58,747 bases of DNA from a virus. Taxonomy: Duplodnaviria > Caudoviricetes. Location of the stretch: IMG/VR virus record IMGVR_UViG_3300032334_001918, positions 1 through 58,747 of that record. One strand, written 5' to 3'. The notes beneath the pieces are model-generated. The model made no database searches. It was not told the origin of the DNA and saw nothing but the letters and a program-made list of their open reading frames with translations. The translations under genes were made by a program, and so were the position numbers. This document shows, in pieces, positions 57,601 to 58,747 of this stretch (the stretch's first letter is position 1; every line of letters begins with the position of its first letter).

Positions 57601-58747
57601 GGATCTCAAGGATTCCAAGGTACTCAGGGTAATATTGGTAATCAAGGCAATCAAGGATTCCAAGGTGCTCAGGGTTTCCAAGGTGCTCAGGGTTTTCAAG
57701 GTGCCCAAGGTCGTCAGGGAGCTGATGGTCTTCAAGGCACTCAAGGATTTCAAGGTGCTCAAGGTCGTCAGGGAGCTGATGGTTTACAAGGAACTCAGGG
57801 CTTCCAAGGTGCTCAAGGTCGTCAGGGAGCTGATGGTCTTCAAGGCACTCAAGGATTTCAAGGTGCTCAAGGTCGTCAGGGAGCTCAAGGTTTCCAAGGC
57901 AATCAAGGTTTCCAAGGCAATCAAGGTTTCCAAGGCAACCAGGGCTTCCAAGGCACTGATGGTATTCAAGGTGCTCAAGGTCGTCAAGGTGCACAAGGAT
58001 TCCAAGGCAATCAAGGATTCCAGGGCAATCAAGGATTCCAGGGTACACAAGGTAACATTGGCAACCAAGGCAATCAGGGTTTCCAAGGCACTCAGGGTAA
58101 TATTGGCAACCAAGGCAATCAAGGCTTCCAAGGTGCTCAAGGTTTCCAAGGTACACAAGGCAATATTGGTAATCAGGGAAACCAAGGATTCCAAGGTACA
58201 CAAGGCAATATTGGTAATCAAGGAAACCAAGGCTTCCAGGGCACACAAGGCAATATTGGCAACCAAGGCAATCAGGGATTCCAGGGAACTCAAGGTAACA
58301 TTGGCAACCAAGGAAACCAAGGCTTTCAGGGCACTCAGGGTAATATTGGTAATCAAGGAAACCAAGGATTCCAAGGTACTCAGGGTAACATTGGCAACCA
58401 AGGTAATCAGGGATTCCAGGGCACTCAAGGAAATATTGGCAATCAAGGTAATCAAGGATTCCAAGGTACACAAGGCAATATCGGCAATCAAGGTTTCCAA
58501 GGTGCACAAGGATTTCAAGGCACTCAAGGTAACATTGGTAATCAAGGCAACCAAGGATTCCAGGGAACCCAAGGAAATATTGGTAATCAAGGCAATCAAG
58601 GATTCCAAGGCACTCAAGGTAATATTGGCAACCAAGGAAACCAAGGCTTTCAGGGCACTCAGGGTAATATTGGTAATCAAGGAAACCAAGGATTCCAAGG
58701 TACTCAGGGTAACATTGGCAACCAAGGTAATCAAGGATTCCAGGGTA
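54682..58747 (+). CDS. Giant collagen-like (Gly-X-Gln) fibre protein, 3'-truncated by the window; absent from the ORF track
   Basis: ATG 54682: MLKLISGKVKV...AEPNLGV...GGRRW, then GAQGAQGFQ... Frame and triplet phase checked at 54865, 56881 and 58744; no in-frame stop seen. Confidence 0.93.
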   Translation, partial: MLKLISGKVKVLTPTEVANSRYEFLDLQSAEPNLGVAIQDGFYLVYDSTAPGGRRWNDGGLGAQGAQGFQGAQGFQGAQGFQGSQGFQGAQGFQGAQGLQGAQGFQGSQGFQGAQGFQGNQGFQGTQGNQGFQGAQGFQGAQGLQGAQGFQGTQGNQGFQGAQGFQGTQGNQGFQGAQGLQGAQGFQGNQGFQGNQGSQGFQGAQGFIGAQGFQGTQGNQGFQGAQGFQGSQGLQGAQGFQGNQGSQGFQGAQGFQGSQGLQGAQGFQGNQGNQGFQGSQGLQGAQGFQGTQGFQGAQGLQGAQGFQGSQGFQGNQGFQGAQGFQGAQGLQGAQGFQGTQGFQGNQGNQGFQGAQGFQGTQGFQGTQGFQGNQGNQGFQGAQGLQGAQGFQGAQGRQGADGLQGAQGFQGSQGFQGNQGFQGTQGFQGAQGLQGAQGFQGTQGFQGSQGFQGNQGFQGNQGFQGTQGFQGSQGLQGAQGFQGTQGFQGSQGFQGAQGFQGSQGLQGTQGFQGTQGFQGTQGFQGAQGLQGAQGFQGTQGFQGNQGNQGFQGSQGLQGAQGFQGTQGFQGSQGLQGAQGFQGTQGFQGAQGFQGTQGNIGNQGNQGFQGSQGLQGAQGFQGNQGFQGAQGFQGSQGLQGAQGFQGAQGNIGNQGNQGFQGAQGFQGAQGLQGTQGNIGNQGNQGFQGTQGFQGTQGFQGSQGFQGTQGFQGAQGLQGTQGNIGNQGNQGFQGTPGAGGTPASPGSPGAQGAQGFQGAQGLQGTQGNIGNQGNQGFQGAQGFQGAQGFQGTQGNIGNQGNQGFQGAQGFQGNQGFQGTQGNIGNQGNQGFQGAQGFQGNQGFQGTQGFQGSQGFQGSQGLQGAQGFQGTQGNVGNQGNQGFQGAQGFQGTQGNVGNQGNQGFQGAQGFQGSQGLQGAQGFQGTQGNIGNQGNQGFQGAQGLQGAQGFQGAQGFQGTQGNIGNQGNQGFQGAQGFQGSQGFQGTQGNIGNQGNQGFQGAQGFQGAQGFQGAQGRQGADGLQGTQGFQGAQGRQGADGLQGTQGFQGAQGRQGADGLQGTQGFQGAQGRQGAQGFQGNQGFQGNQGFQGNQGFQGTDGIQGAQGRQGAQGFQGNQGFQGNQGFQGTQGNIGNQGNQGFQGTQGNIGNQGNQGFQGAQGFQGTQGNIGNQGNQGFQGTQGNIGNQGNQGFQGTQGNIGNQGNQGFQGTQGNIGNQGNQGFQGTQGNIGNQGNQGFQGTQGNIGNQGNQGFQGTQGNIGNQGNQGFQGTQGNIGNQGFQGAQGFQGTQGNIGNQGNQGFQGTQGNIGNQGNQGFQGTQGNIGNQGNQGFQGTQGNIGNQGNQGFQGTQGNIGNQGNQGFQG
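54865..58747 (+). repeat. 9-bp-period collagen repeat (GGN NNN CAR), at least 431 triplets
   Basis: Continuous GFQ/GAQ/GTQ/GNQ/GSQ/GLQ/GNI units. Confidence 0.97.

Noticed and set aside
54776-58734. Long minus-strand and off-frame ORFs (1068, 623, 374, 344, 316 aa and others)
   Set aside because: These are shadows of the 9-bp-periodic collagen repeat; the real frame starts at ATG 54682.
54865-58747. CRISPR array
   Set aside because: Coding triplet repeats with no constant repeat/unique spacer pattern; the Cas4-like nuclease at 15101 is the usual phoH-adjacent phage exonuclease.
1-58747. Alternative genetic code (stop reassignment)
   Set aside because: Core genes are full length under code 11, and TAA, TAG and TGA all act as stops.

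Overview
A 58.7 kb, AT-rich fragment of a large T4-like (Tevenvirinae/Kyanoviridae-type) myophage genome; the host is probably a proteobacterium, possibly alpha (inference). It has four blocks. (1) 1-12067: a sugar-nucleotide and glycosylation island with a Zn-dehydrogenase, methyltransferase, fused TPP enzyme, HldE-like kinase and nucleotidyltransferase, epimerase, gmd, fcl/colC, ColD-like PLP enzyme, GT10 and other GT-like genes. (2) 12073-20606: an early/accessory block with IHF-flanked sigma70 promoters, HNH, a DenV-like gene, phoH, an exonuclease, a circularly permuted two-piece tmRNA, SleB hydrolase, guaC, gp33, gp59 and gp32. (3) 20605-25576, minus strand: gp4, gp2, gp54-like, gp26, gp51 and a tape-measure-like gene. 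(4) 25631-end: baseplate and fibre genes (gp48, 53, 27-like, 5, 25, 6, 7, 8, a split DUF4815/VrlC-like pair, fibres), ending in a giant Gly-X-Gln collagen that runs off the window. Most striking observations: (a) a 1814-aa putative virion protein built from eight ~160-aa repeats that match the phycobiliprotein bilin-attachment motif (KCxRDxGY...L..GG), in two types ordered like balanced brackets (AAABBABB); (b) a candidate -1 programmed frameshift (internal Shine-Dalgarno + T TTT TTT) fusing gp26 to gp51 just before the tape-measure-like gene, as in lambda G/GT; (c) a permuted tmRNA with a structured intervening sequence and a duplicated, covarying GNRA hairpin; (d) a possible GDP-3,6-dideoxy or branched-chain sugar pathway. 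All family calls come from motif recognition and gene order; no database search was run.
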